From Octopus sinensis (Eukaryota), in assembly GCF_006345805.1 (NCBI RefSeq), contig NC_042998.1, positions 15,810,001 through 15,874,000 of the forward strand: a DNA stretch of 64,000 nucleotides. The letters are read 5' to 3'. Both the position numbers and the translations under genes were made by a program. The notes under the pieces are model-generated. The model did not search any database. It saw nothing but the letters and a program-made list of their open reading frames with translations, and was not told where the DNA came from. Numbering within the stretch: position 1 is the first letter of the stretch; each line of letters begins with the position of its first letter. Below are positions 1 to 12,204 of the stretch, one piece after another.

Positions 1-134
1 TATATATATATATATATATGCATATATATATATGTATATATACTTATGGAGGCATCATGTCCGGAGATATGAAGGCACTTTTGCGTAGGTGTTTCTGCAT
101 CATAACCCCGTCAAAATACATACATACAATATAC

Positions 135-185
<51 letters not shown>

Positions 186-934
186 TATATATAAATGCAT
201 ACACATGCACACCCTTATTTATATGGAGGTGGGGTATGGCTTCACACTTCACACCACGCACATTACATATACAGTCATTTGTGTGTGTTTGAACATATAA
301 TACAAAATATGTGTAACTCTCTTTATCTGAACCGCTATCACCGAAATCTTACGTTTATTCATATATAAACGCATTTGTGTATGTAAGATTGTGACGTCCT
401 CCAATCACTATATTGACTTACTTCTGCAGAAACTTTCTATTAATTGCAAGTTTATCTGCATAGAACATTATGTGAACATATCTCCGTTTACCGCCGCCAC
501 CAATTCCGCCATTTTCATTTCTTGTATAAACTTCCCTTTCTCTCTATGCTACACTGTCACATATACACACACACACACTCTCACACACATTGATAGCAAT
601 GAATACATAAATAATCACGCATACCGTAAATCGTGCAACATTATCGATTAGTAAATATGTGGCTAAGCTGTGGGTGTTTATCTTAATTCAAGATTTAATG
701 CTAACGGGGGTCACCTATTGCTCACCCTTTCTCCAATTTCCATGTTCCTTTCGTTTTGCATTTTCGTCATTCTCTTTCTCCCCCACCGTATATGGGGGAG
801 AACTCTGTCGCTGTTCCATTTTCTCTTTCTCGCTCTCTTTCTTTCGTTCATTCTTTTTCCCTTTCTTTATCGCCTCTTTCTTTCTCTCTATCTCTCTTTC
901 TCTCTCCAACAATCTCACACTCTCCAACACGTAC

Positions 935-1087
935 AAGCTCCAAATGCCTTGCTCCCTTGCCCTCTGTATTGTAGTCATCCGCTCTCTTAATGCCAGTTGG
1001 TTGGCTGACAGTCTGATGCAGGAAGCGATCGCTGGGAACTGGCTGTAATCCAAAATCCCTTCGGCTGTTGCCAATGGCACAGTGTTT
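935..1087 (-). CDS. Candidate internal exon (153 nt) of an unidentified gene
   Basis: Acceptor gtttattcag|AAACAC at 1088/1087 and donor GAGCTT|gtacgt at 935/934. Two frames stay open: NTVPLATAEGILDYSQFPAIASCIRLSANQLALRERMTTIQRAREQGIWS or KHCAIGNSRRDFGLQPVPSDRFLHQTVSQPTGIKRADDYNTEGKGARHLEL. High-complexity island among microsatellites; protein not recognised. Confidence 0.5.
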
Positions 1088-1285
1088 CTGAATAAACATA
1101 CCGTTCCAATGGCTAATGAAGTATATACTTATGACTACTGCAAAATAATTTTGCAAATATGTACAGCAAACGTACACTGAGACCGTCGGGCAATCAAGGA
1201 AACAGCCAAGTCAAATGGGGTTAACTTCTAATTCTTTCACAGCGCTAAGCTTAAGAATAAAACATTGGCTAACAGTTTGACTTAC

Positions 1286-1365
1286 ACGTTGGCATAATAT
1301 GGACCCCGCTGGCATTGAGCTGTTTTCGAACAAATCGAATTCTCCAAATTGTACATATATTCTCC
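1286..1365 (-). CDS. Candidate internal exon (80 nt), spliceable to 935-1087 across a 198-nt intron
   Basis: Acceptor aagtttatag|GGAGAA and strong donor AACGT|gtaagt. Two of three frames continue into the next exon without a stop (GEYMYNLENSICSKTAQCQRGPYYANV or RIYVQFGEFDLFENSSMPAGSILCQR). Confidence 0.5.
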
Positions 1366-2017
1366 CTATAAACTTATCTATATATTTCTGTTTGCGTGCC
1401 CTCTTCATTCTGTCTCGCTTTCATTCTCTCTCTCATACTGTCTCTCAGTTAATTTCTTACAAGTTATTTTTCCATATTTATCAACAAAGTCACACACATT
1501 AAGAACATGTTTATACTTTCTCCCTCTCTCTCCTCCTCTCTCTCTCTATATTATATATATGTCTATTATGTATACATTTCTCTTTCCCTATACATACACA
1601 CACAGACACACATGTATATATGTATATTATATATATATATATATATATTATATCTATATATATATATATATATATATAAATATATATGTGTGTGTATATA
1701 TATATGTATGTTACTCTCTCTCTCTCTATATATATATATATACATCTATTTGTCTAGTTCGAAACATGCCATTCGATTTGTTTATGAATATATTTGTTTG
1801 TTAGTGTGTATGTGCCTGTGTGTGTGCGTGCGGGAATGGCTGTGTATGTTCTAGAGATTGTACGTAAATAAGGTAATAACGTGTGCTTGTACTTATACAC
1901 ACATTTGCACGTGCATGTAAATATAGAGGTGTATATATAGAGAGATAGATAGATATATGTGTGTGCTGTACATATATCTATCTCTCCCTCTCTCTCTCTC
2001 TCCCTCTATATTATATA

Positions 2018-2070
<53 letters not shown>

Positions 2071-2109
2071 ATATGCATGTATATATCTACATATATATTC
2101 ACACACATG

Positions 2110-2145
<36 letters not shown>

Positions 2146-2234
2146 ATATATGGTTATAAATATATATATATATATATTTCTACTATATATTATATAGATA
2201 CAACATATATATATATATATACTATATTATATAG

Positions 2235-2283
<49 letters not shown>

Positions 2284-3065
2284 CTATATATAATAATAGT
2301 AGAAATATATATATATATATTTATATACATATTATATATATATTTATATACATATATATATATATATATGTAGTTACGCCGCACGCGCGGCCACCCGAAA
2401 CCACCTGCAATACAACAGTTTATGTCTGACGGCTCAGAAGACTGCGTAGGCTGAGCTCGGCGTACCAACTTCCTTAGAGCGGAAGAAGCCTCTTTTCAAC
2501 GAAGTTAGAAAGTTTGCAAACAGCACACAAATCCGTTGAGTCTAACCAAAATGCAAGAATTTTCACTAAGAGGCCAATAACATTTATGGAATAGATAAAC
2601 AGTTCTTTAGAGAGAGTTTAGTGAGTTCTTTCTTGTACCTCTGAAATCTGCAGACTTCTTTTCCTGAGTTCTTTTCTTCACCCCAATGTTTTGTTTTCTA
2701 TCTTCTTTTTGTATCTCATTTTTTTTCGACTGATACTTCCGAATCTACGGTCCTCTTCTGCTTCTTTACGTTGCCAAGTTCACACTCTTTTTGCAGTCAG
2801 TTCAAAACCGTTCACTCTTCGCGCTCACTGCCGAAACCAACTTCATACTCTACACCACATACTGTGTCAACTGTTCCAGGCAACTGTATATTACCAGGCA
2901 ACATCACTCACATCGACTGCTTCATATGTACCGCTTGGCACCAACTACTACATCAAACCGTTCAAATCGGTCTCTCAAATCGGTCTCTCTCACACATGAA
3001 CGTCGCACATGGATTTCCAGTCCGAATTTTGAACCACCTGTTCAAATTGGCTTCCAGCGCAAAAT

Positions 3066-4925
3066 TTATTTTTTAATTAACCACTAGGGTCAAAACACTG
3101 ATGGGACAGCACAAGGACATACAAAACGAAGAAGAGGGGAAAAGAATAAAATCGAATTAATAATGAAAATAAGAATATATGAAAAGATGGAATGACGAAC
3201 GATCGAGATCCACTCCCGAGCTGTCACATTGAACCATTAATTACTCACAATGTTCCAATGTCAAGCACTTTTCAAAAATCAATGAAACCACGTACTCCAA
3301 GATGTCGTTGTACTCCACTTCAAGAGGCAATGCATCTATGCACAACTCTCTGTATAGATCGGTAATGTCCGGCCCGAATTTTTGTTTTAGTCTTTTGAAA
3401 TCCCTTTCGTCCACCAGCACACACTTCACATAGGCAGTAGAGTCTTCTAAATTTACCTTTATGGTAGACTTTAATCTTTAAATTTCTCTAACCAGTTTGC
3501 TGTTTCTTTAATCGCATGACAAATTTAATCTCTTTTTCCCTAGGTTTTGCGTGTATTTCTGTGGAAACCATTTTAGTATTAGTGGCGGATGGGGCTGGAA
3601 GGGGATTGGCATCTGATTTGGGAGGACTGGCTAAAGCGGGGATTGGAGGTACTGGAGCGGGGGTAGGGTGAGAACTGGAGTCTTTGGGTAATGAGCTCTT
3701 CCTCTTTCTTCTTCTTTTACCTTCTGTCACCGTCGACCAATCCTTGTTTTCTTTCTCTTGTTTCTCTATCTTTTATGTTCCTTCAGTCAGTGGAGGTGCT
3801 TTTACTTTTTCGCCGGGGCCAACTAGTGGTGTTAATACTGGTAATGGAGAACAGTCTGCTGTAATCTGAACTTTCTTACCTCACGTGAAACATTGCGGTC
3901 TCCTACCCACTACTTACACTCTCAATTGTCTGTCTTGGCCTATCCAAATGTTGTAAACTATGTTCTCTAGCACTTCTGGGGGAGGCTTGGATAATCATTT
4001 CAATCCTTTGTTCTTGCCAGTTGCGTTGAGAGACTTTGATAATTCGAAGGACGGAGAATTTATCCTTTTCTCCATTATAATAACTGCTACAATCCAGCCA
4101 ACCTCCACGTCCAGCTGTATCTCCTTCACTCTTACCCTGGAAGCTCGTCTCCCAGGGTAAGTTGTGAGGAGCGCCACCTCTGCCGTATTTATGGAGACCA
4201 TACAATAATACTTGACTCTTTCTTCTGTTTCGAACCGCACCTCCACTGTGGCGAACTTGCTTTCTCTCGTAACGTATGTTATGTCTTTCCAAATGTATTT
4301 CAGACATGTTTATATTTCTTTCTTTCATACAATCTCTATCCTATTCTTTTTCCAAACACAAAGGTTTATACAATAATACTTGGCTCTTTCTTCTGTTTCG
4401 AACCGCACCTCCACTGTGGCGAACTTGCTTTCTCTCGTAACGTATGTAATGTTTTCCAAATGTATTTCAGACATGTTTATATTTCTTTCTTTGATACAAT
4501 CTCTATCCTTTCTTTTTCCAAATACAAAGGTTTTGAACACAATTATTTCTTTTTCCACTCAATGGCTTACTTCCTTTGGCGGGCTCACCAGATTTCGTGC
4601 GCTTCTCTTTTTATTAAGTCTTTAAATTTCTCGAACTCTTCCTTACTTACTTTACCTCCTCTCACGAATTACCAGTCACTGCTGCAAAGCTCTTTTCTCC
4701 CTTCACCTTGTCCATGCTATCAAAGCATCCAAACAATTCCTCCTGAGAGGACTCTAAGTCGGAATGCATCTACATAAAAACACAACGCTCTTCCCATTAA
4801 ACCAGTGGAAAAATAAAGGTACCAATAACAGCATTTTTCAACATGATTTTCAAAAATAACACTAACTGTTGGGGAAAAAACTTCTACGTTATGGGACTAG
4901 CACGAACTCACTCGCCACGCGGGCA
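3066..4925 (-). mobile_element. Decayed ORF1-only non-LTR retroposon (L1/Tx1-like ORF1: RRM-like region + CCHC knuckle), no ORF2
   Basis: ATG at 4769 starts an interrupted ORF (MHSDLESSQEELF...KFATVEVRFETEERAKYYC...RVRVKEIQLDVEVGWIVAVI...VVGRRPQCFT*GKKVQITADC = decayed CX2CX4HX4C, Pro-rich linker, ends ~3241). A U-rich 3'UTR and SINE-B-like tail follow at 3068-3119. Confidence 0.65.
4201..4533. repeat. Tandem duplication, 168-bp period, inside the ORF1 remnant
   Basis: tacaataatacttg(a/g)ctctttcttctgtttcgaaccgcacctccactgtggcgaac... starts at 4201 and again at 4369. Confidence 0.9.
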
Positions 4926-4949
4926 AATAGTCTTCATAGTACAGGTTTA

Positions 4950-5038
4950 GCACTGGGGTCGATGTAATCGGCTTAATCCGTTTGTCTGTCCTTGTTTGTC
5001 CCCTCTTTGTTTAGCACCTTGTGGGTTGTAAAGAAATA
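4950..5038 (+). mobile_element. SINE-B 3' tail fragment
   Basis: cactggggtcgatgtaatcggcttaatccgtttgtctgtccttgtttgtcccctc...gtaaagaaata matches the tails of the full copies at 52684 and 61876. Confidence 0.85.
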
Positions 5039-5294
5039 TATACTGTACCGTAAAAGTGCGCCAAAATCATAACACCTACGCTTTAAACAGTCACATGACC
5101 ACAAAGGAATTAGCTTGTCTTCGCTAACAAAACCTGTGAGCGGTATTCGTACGAGCGGGAAGTTATCTGAATATAATTTTTTTTCGTTCGTAACGATATA
5201 TGTATATATATTAGAAGAAATAAGGTACTCAGTAATCTGGATGGTTTTATATTTACATATTTTTTATTAATATGTCAGATGTTTTTATAAATCA

Positions 5295-5373
5295 TATATT
5301 AACGCTTGCATCTACTCTTGTAGAATCTCCAAAATCTGAAGAACCTACTGAAGTAGATGCAAGCGTTAATATA
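5295..5373. repeat. Perfect 22-bp inverted repeat with a 35-nt spacer
   Basis: tatattaacgcttgcatctact (5295-5316) is the exact reverse complement of agtagatgcaagcgttaatata (5352-5373). Confidence 0.85.
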
Positions 5374-5519
5374 TAATATACAAAAACATGTGACATATTA
5401 AGAAAAATCTGTAAATATAAAACCGTCCAGATTTCTGAGTACCTTAATTCTTCTAATATATAATACCTGTACATCACCTCCAAACTTTCTAATATATGTG
5501 TGTATGTGTGGGCGTGTGT

Positions 5520-5680
5520 GTATGTATGTATGTATGTATGTATGTATGTATGTATGTATGTATGTATGTATGTATGTATGTATGTATTTATGCATGCATG
5601 TATGTATGTATATATGTATGTATGTATGTAGGTTGGTAGGTATGTAGGTAGGTAGGTAGGTAGGTAAGTAGGTAGGTAGG
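5520..5680. repeat. (TATG)n-(TAGG)n compound microsatellite
   Basis: Direct reading. Confidence 0.95.
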
Positions 5681-6540
5681 CGTGAATGTGCAGGCTGAAT
5701 GGCTCAGCGGATTGTATGCTTCAATGAGTTCGTCTCCGCATATCGAGGCTATCAGTCATGTTTACAGTAAAACATGTAGCTCTGATTTGTTATCAAATTT
5801 GTCCAAGCTGAAAATTTAAAAAGAAATTAATAAGAAAGCCACTTCTTACTGATCACAGCAGGTCTAGAATGTCTTTCTATTCAGACAGGTGTAATACGGC
5901 GTGTTTATATAGCCTGGGCAGTCAATACTAGTATTTTCCCTGAATTTTTGTAAAATGTCTTAGCACTATTTACAGACGCGCTTAGTACATGATACATACA
6001 CATACTCAGTTGTGAGCACACATTTGTGTATCTATCTATATCTTTATACATCCACGCACTAAGATATAAAAATACATATTCAAAGCTAACTAGTATCTGA
6101 AAGTATTTCGGCCCCCACGAAAAACCGCCACCAGCGCAGGGATACTAATGTTATAGTAGGTTTTGATCATTGTTTAACCTAAGTGTGTTACACGCGTCCA
6201 TCTACTTTGATCAGTAATAATATTATGATAGCTAGGAAAGGTAAAAACATAGTTATTCGGAACAAACAAAATGGTATTACAATGATTGGAAGGATTAAGG
6301 AGAATAGTAATAATATTATTGTTAACTAATAGTGTTAAGATTCAACAACGTAATACTATTAGACACTGCAACACAAATACTGATCATGGTTTAAAATTAT
6401 ATATTGTCTTCGTCTGATAACGTAGATAATGTTAAAAAGAACTCTCGCCGTGAATAGGAACATAATCTCTACCGTAAATCACAAAATGCGTCCACACAAT
6501 ACGTATAAACGAAATAAAGATTATTATGAATTGACAAATG

Positions 6541-6567
6541 TATGTTACTACTACTACTACTACTACA

Positions 6568-6620
<53 letters not shown>

Positions 6621-6621
6621 G

Positions 6622-6655
<34 letters not shown>

Positions 6656-6680
6656 CACCACCACCATGACTACTGCTACT
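6541..6680. repeat. (ACT)n-(GCT)n-(ACC)n compound trinucleotide microsatellite
   Basis: Direct reading; source of spurious poly-L/S/V/H ORFs. Confidence 0.95.
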
Positions 6681-6710
6681 CAATGGCCATCCCTAAACAC
6701 ACACACACAA

Positions 6711-6766
<56 letters not shown>

Positions 6767-6985
6767 GTATATATGTCTATAATTAATTATCCTTTGATAT
6801 TCTTTTACATTATTTGTTTAATTTTTGATGCTATTTCATTTTTACTTTAATATATATACCGAAATAATTTTTTTTACTCCCAAACGCGTGATAATACTAA
6901 TAAAATAGCGTCAACAGTATAGATTATCCATGCATTGTAGAAAAATACGTTACCGGCCAATCTTTCAATATATATATTATATATA

Positions 6986-7263
6986 CTTAACATGAATTCA
7001 ACACATTAGAAAGAACAGCTAGGTTCTGTAAACCACAAAAATAACGGATAAAATTGTTTAACCCTAGGTTGGATCTTGTTGAAGAAGATCAGACCTTGTG
7101 AGTTCCCCCTGACTCGCTAAAAGAAGATCAGAAACCAATTGGTCCAGGGTACTAGATGGTAAATGTTTTTCATTTCCAAATTTATTCCTGTCGTATTTTA
7201 TCCGTTATTTTTGTGGTTTACAGAACCTAGCTGTTCTTTTTAATGTGTTGAATTCCCGTTAAG
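6986..7263. mobile_element. MITE-like element, ~278 bp with ~69-bp terminal inverted repeats
   Basis: cttaacatgaattcaacacattagaaagaacagctaggttctgtaaaccacaaaaataacggataaaat (6986-7054) pairs with 7195-7263 with about 3 mismatches; the interior is non-coding. Confidence 0.75.
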
Positions 7264-7417
7264 TGAATTCCTAATGTGTATAAATATGCACTATTTCGTA
7301 TGACTAATATATAGTCTTCTTGACTAATTTTTTTTTGTACGGTAGACCACTGGAAATGTAAATTTTGATTGAATATTTTAATTTTAATTACACTCCATTT
7401 CCCTTCGATATGATTAA

Positions 7418-7492
<75 letters not shown>

Positions 7493-7727
7493 ATTCTCTC
7501 TTTATCTTTTCTTGCTATTTTGGCTTCAATTGAGGGTGGTGAATCCTTAATTTCAGACTAGCTTCACCTTAATTGATATAAGGGTTTTTCGTTTGTGTTG
7601 AAAATTTCTCCTATAAAAATAGGTCCACAATATATTGTTACTTAGATGTATAAATTTAAGAACCAGCAACGAAATATGGTTATTTCCAGTTTCTGTTTTC
7701 TATATAGTATACACACACACACACACA

Positions 7728-7780
<53 letters not shown>

Positions 7781-8319
7781 TATATATATACACATATATA
7801 TATATATACAACACATATATATATATACCCACACATATATATATAGACCACACATATATTATATATGTATACATATATGTATGTATATATATATATATAT
7901 TATATATATATGTGTGTGTGTATGTGTGTGTGTGTGTGTGTATATATACATATGTAGCATGTATGTATATATGTATTAATAGATTCCTGTTGTAATTATG
8001 ATGTTCAGATTATTTGACGAGCCGACTTACCTTATTTGCATGAATTGTAAGTACACAATTTTATACTGTAATGTTGAGCAAACATATTAATGCAAATACG
8101 AATGCATAACTTCTTGGACATTGAATTGAATATTATATAGAGAAGTTCAGAAACTGCATTAATGCAATGGAATTCACGTGCATTGATAAGTCTATAGTCA
8201 CATCTCCTATCTTACTCTATGTATCTGTAAATTTATGCATATATGCGATTGTGTGTGTGTGTGTGGCTAAGTATATATATATATATATATGTGTAGTATA
8301 TATGTACATGTTGTTTCTG

Positions 8320-8462
8320 CCTTCTCGAACCATGCCTGGCTCATAAGGGCCGGTCTCCCGATTGCATTGGCCTATAGGTTCCCAACCTGGATAGGACGCC
8401 TGTCCGTCGCAATTAAGCTGCTTGATGCAGGAGGAAAGAAGAGAGAGAGAGAGAGAGAGAGT
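8320..8462 (-). mobile_element. 3' tail fragment of the SINE-C variant seen at 47777
   Basis: gctcataagggccggtctcccgattgcattggcctataggttccc...gtccgtcgca aligns with gactcatggggtcggtttcccggtttctgtggcgtatgtgttccc...gtccatcgca at ~47800. Confidence 0.55.
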
Positions 8463-8517
8463 GGGGCGAATAGCTATGTAATATTTACATACATGCATAC
8501 ATATATTTATATAGATA

Positions 8518-8562
<45 letters not shown>

Positions 8563-8572
8563 TTATATATTA

Positions 8573-8621
<49 letters not shown>

Positions 8622-8638
8622 CATTAAATATAATACAT

Positions 8639-8708
<70 letters not shown>

Positions 8709-8711
8709 GTA

Positions 8712-8809
<98 letters not shown>

Positions 8810-10549
8810 TACATACATGCATACAGACATGTACATACAAACATATATGTAAGTCTCGATCTTTTATACTATTCAGTCTAGAGATGGCTGTGGATTGTTT
8901 TCGACAATATATGACATCTGTCAACGTGATACACTCATATAGATTTCTAATTTGCTCGCAAGATGAGGAAATGTTTGTCAAGGAGACAACAGATTACATC
9001 TATTCAATTACATGTCTGATATATTATCTTATCGTCGCAATGATAAATTGCACACTCCCCTTCGAAGCGTTCTGAGTGCCCAAAGTCTGAAAATGCAGAG
9101 CAATATGAGTTTACATATTTAAACTCATGAGCTGCAGAGTAGAGAATATATTGGATAGATATCTCAGTCGATTTTTGTACTCGTCTCCTTTATTTCACCG
9201 ACCAGGAATAGCAGAAACTGAAGGTAACCTAGGTTACATTTGGTGTCAGGAAGTGATGGCCCTATGTCAATTTTCTCTGACGTTCTGACGATTAAGATAT
9301 ATGAAAGAATTGAAAATGTCTTTATTTGCAATGACGCATATTGTGATTTTTAAAGGAACACTGTCATTTCTATCGGTTGTGGAATAATGTTTTCGTGTGT
9401 ATCACTCGGTGCAAGTAATTTGGTTATTTGACCTACCATATAATCCGTTTATAATGCAGTTTGATGAAAGAAAATACCGCTAAAAATGTGAAATCTACTG
9501 ATCATGTACTTGCAAAACGCAATATTTTATATTTTATATAACTACAATTATTCATATAAACAAACTGACATAAACAGAGGCACAACGATAAATTGTTGCA
9601 TAGAGAAAGTGATAGATAGTGAGAAAAGTAAAAGTTATGAAAAATGAATGAAAAATGAGAGTAGAACAAGCCAAAAAGGGAGAGTGAGAGAGAAGCAGCG
9701 ACGGAAATTGAATTATGCATACAGTTAAATTGGCAAGTTTTCATTATGTACCAAAATATGTGTAAATATAAAGAAGATTGATGACTATAATAAGCATTCT
9801 TATACATATATGCATGCTCATCTAATACGCATCCATGATTTCCACTTTGTATATATATATATATATATATATTATTTATACACGCACGCACATACATACA
9901 TACTTACACACACATATATATATATATATATATATGCATATATGCGCGCGAACACACACATAAAGACACGTACACAGGCACACACACACACATGTGCATA
10001 AATAAAAGTGTGAGAGAGTTAAATAGATAGCTAATTAACTATTGGAATACATTCGTAATGGAAGACAAAAATCCATTGAGATTTTTATTTACTTTTTCTT
10101 TTCTGTTTCTAACATACTGGGTATTTTCTAAGAAGCAAAGATAATTCCATTCTTATTCTGTGAATCTAGTCTGGTGCTTTGTATTCGCAGTACCAGTATT
10201 TTATTTAGATAACTGTTAATATTACATTCTTCGTGCGTTAATTCGTTGTGTTGCGAGAGGAAATTGTATGACGTTCATTTTAAAATAACTACATTTAAGG
10301 AATAACGATTTGCTTACTTTGTTTAATTATACAAATGTGTTGTTTTCAGTGATAAGTTTTGGTAATTCTCTAAACTATCATCATTAAGTTATAGAAATAT
10401 TGCAAACTTTCTCTAAACGATACACGTTTTATATCCGCAGATACGCCCATACAAAAGATGGAATTGGGCAAAATACTGAAGAAAAATGTTATATAAACAA
10501 TCTAATACAATATATAATTAGGCGCTTTCCGCAGACTGTGTATTTGACA

Positions 10550-11290
10550 TGATACACATACACACACAAGCACACACACATACACAGAAACACACGACCA
10601 CACACACACACGCGCGCATGCACGGAAACACACGAGCACACACACATACACGGAAACACACGAGCACACACACGCACACACATACACACACATACACGGA
10701 AACACACGAGCACACACATACACGGAAACACACGAGCACATACACGCACACACACACACATACACGGAAACACATGAGCACACTCACGCACACACATACA
10801 CACACATACACTGAAACACACACATACACGGAAACACACGACCACATACATACACACACGCGCATGCACGGAAACACACAAGCACACACACGCACACACA
10901 CACTCATACACGGAAACACACGAACACACACACGCGCACACACATGCATACACGGAAACACACAAGCACACACACACACACATACACGGAAACACACGAG
11001 CACACACACGCGCGCACACACACACGGAAACACACGAACACAGACACGCACACACACACACATACACGGAAACACACGAGCACACACACACGCACACACA
11101 CACATGCACAGAAACACGCGCACACACATACACACATGTGCATGCACCCACATATTCATACAAGCACACATGTATGACTCAGACGCACACAGTCGAGTAC
11201 ACACAAACACACGCAAATATGCACAATCATACATACATGGATCAGGCAAACACACACACACACACTCGCATACAAGCACACTCATTCACA
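10550..11290. repeat. CA-derived minisatellite with recurring CACGGAAACACACGAGCACA unit
   Basis: The GGAAAC-containing unit recurs about a dozen times at ~25-60 bp spacing in a (CA)n background. Confidence 0.9.
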
Positions 11291-11523
11291 TCATATGATT
11301 TCCCCGCCAACTCAGTCAAATGATTTAATCTTTACTTTAATTGATTCTTGGGCTACGCATCAACCGCCAGAACAACGCACAGCAAAAAAAGAAACCACGT
11401 TGCGTAAATTTATACGATTATTATACAAACTCAGTATAATGTATTTATTCATTTACATGGTCTTGGTAGTTTACAATACACAGACACACAGACACACACA
11501 CATATATATATATACATACATCA

Positions 11524-11660
11524 GGCGTGTCCTTGTGGTTCGAGGATTGCTTCTCAAACGCATGGAACCAGTGGCACCTTACGCGAGTATTTTCTACTAT
11601 AGCTTCGAGTCGACCAAGTCCTTGTGAGTGGATCTGGTAGATATATATATATATATATGT
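11524..11660 (+). mobile_element. Degenerate SINE-A head
   Basis: gtggcacctt...tactatagcttcgagtcgaccaagtccttgtgagtggatctggtaga followed by (TA)n. Confidence 0.7.
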
Positions 11661-12204
11661 AATAAGCAGAAAATGATCAGTAAAGAAATTGACTACCTTC
11701 CGTAATTATATTTTAATACAAAATTTTAACATTGCTTACAGCCGTTTCTTCAACGAATGTCAGACGGTGCCGACTGACGTTGGTAGCAGAAACGGCTGCA
11801 ATACAAAAAAAGGTTTTGTAATTAAAAAATAAAAAAGGAACGATATTAATCGACGGTAGTCAATTTGTTTCAAGATGGAATGTTTTCTCCATTTTCTGCT
11901 TATTTGAAATTTGATTCCTGATAAACTCTTGTTTATTCTGTATCCTAAGACCAGATAATGCTTATATATCCATGCCCAGGATTAACATAGGTAATTTATT
12001 CTAATAGTAAAAACGGATATTCTTAATCCCTTAGACAGTTGCTCCAACCGCTAACTCTACTTACCTTTACACACACTCACACACACGCACACACACATAT
12101 ATATACATATATACATACATACATAAAATGTGTATATATATATATATATATATATCACATATATATACATATATATACATATATATAGATGTATATATAT
12201 ATAT

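Noticed and set aside
89-2468. Many long ORFs such as YIYIYI / HTHT / CVCV here and throughout the window
   Set aside because: Translations of (TA)n, (CA)n and (GA)n tracts, which lack stop codons; not genes.
10550-11290. CRISPR-like repeat/spacer appearance (also 52920-53110)
   Set aside because: Spacers are low-complexity and related to one another, repeats are not constant, context is eukaryotic, and no cas genes are present.
10489-11298. 226-255 aa ORFs on both strands
   Set aside because: Entirely encoded by the CA-derived minisatellite.
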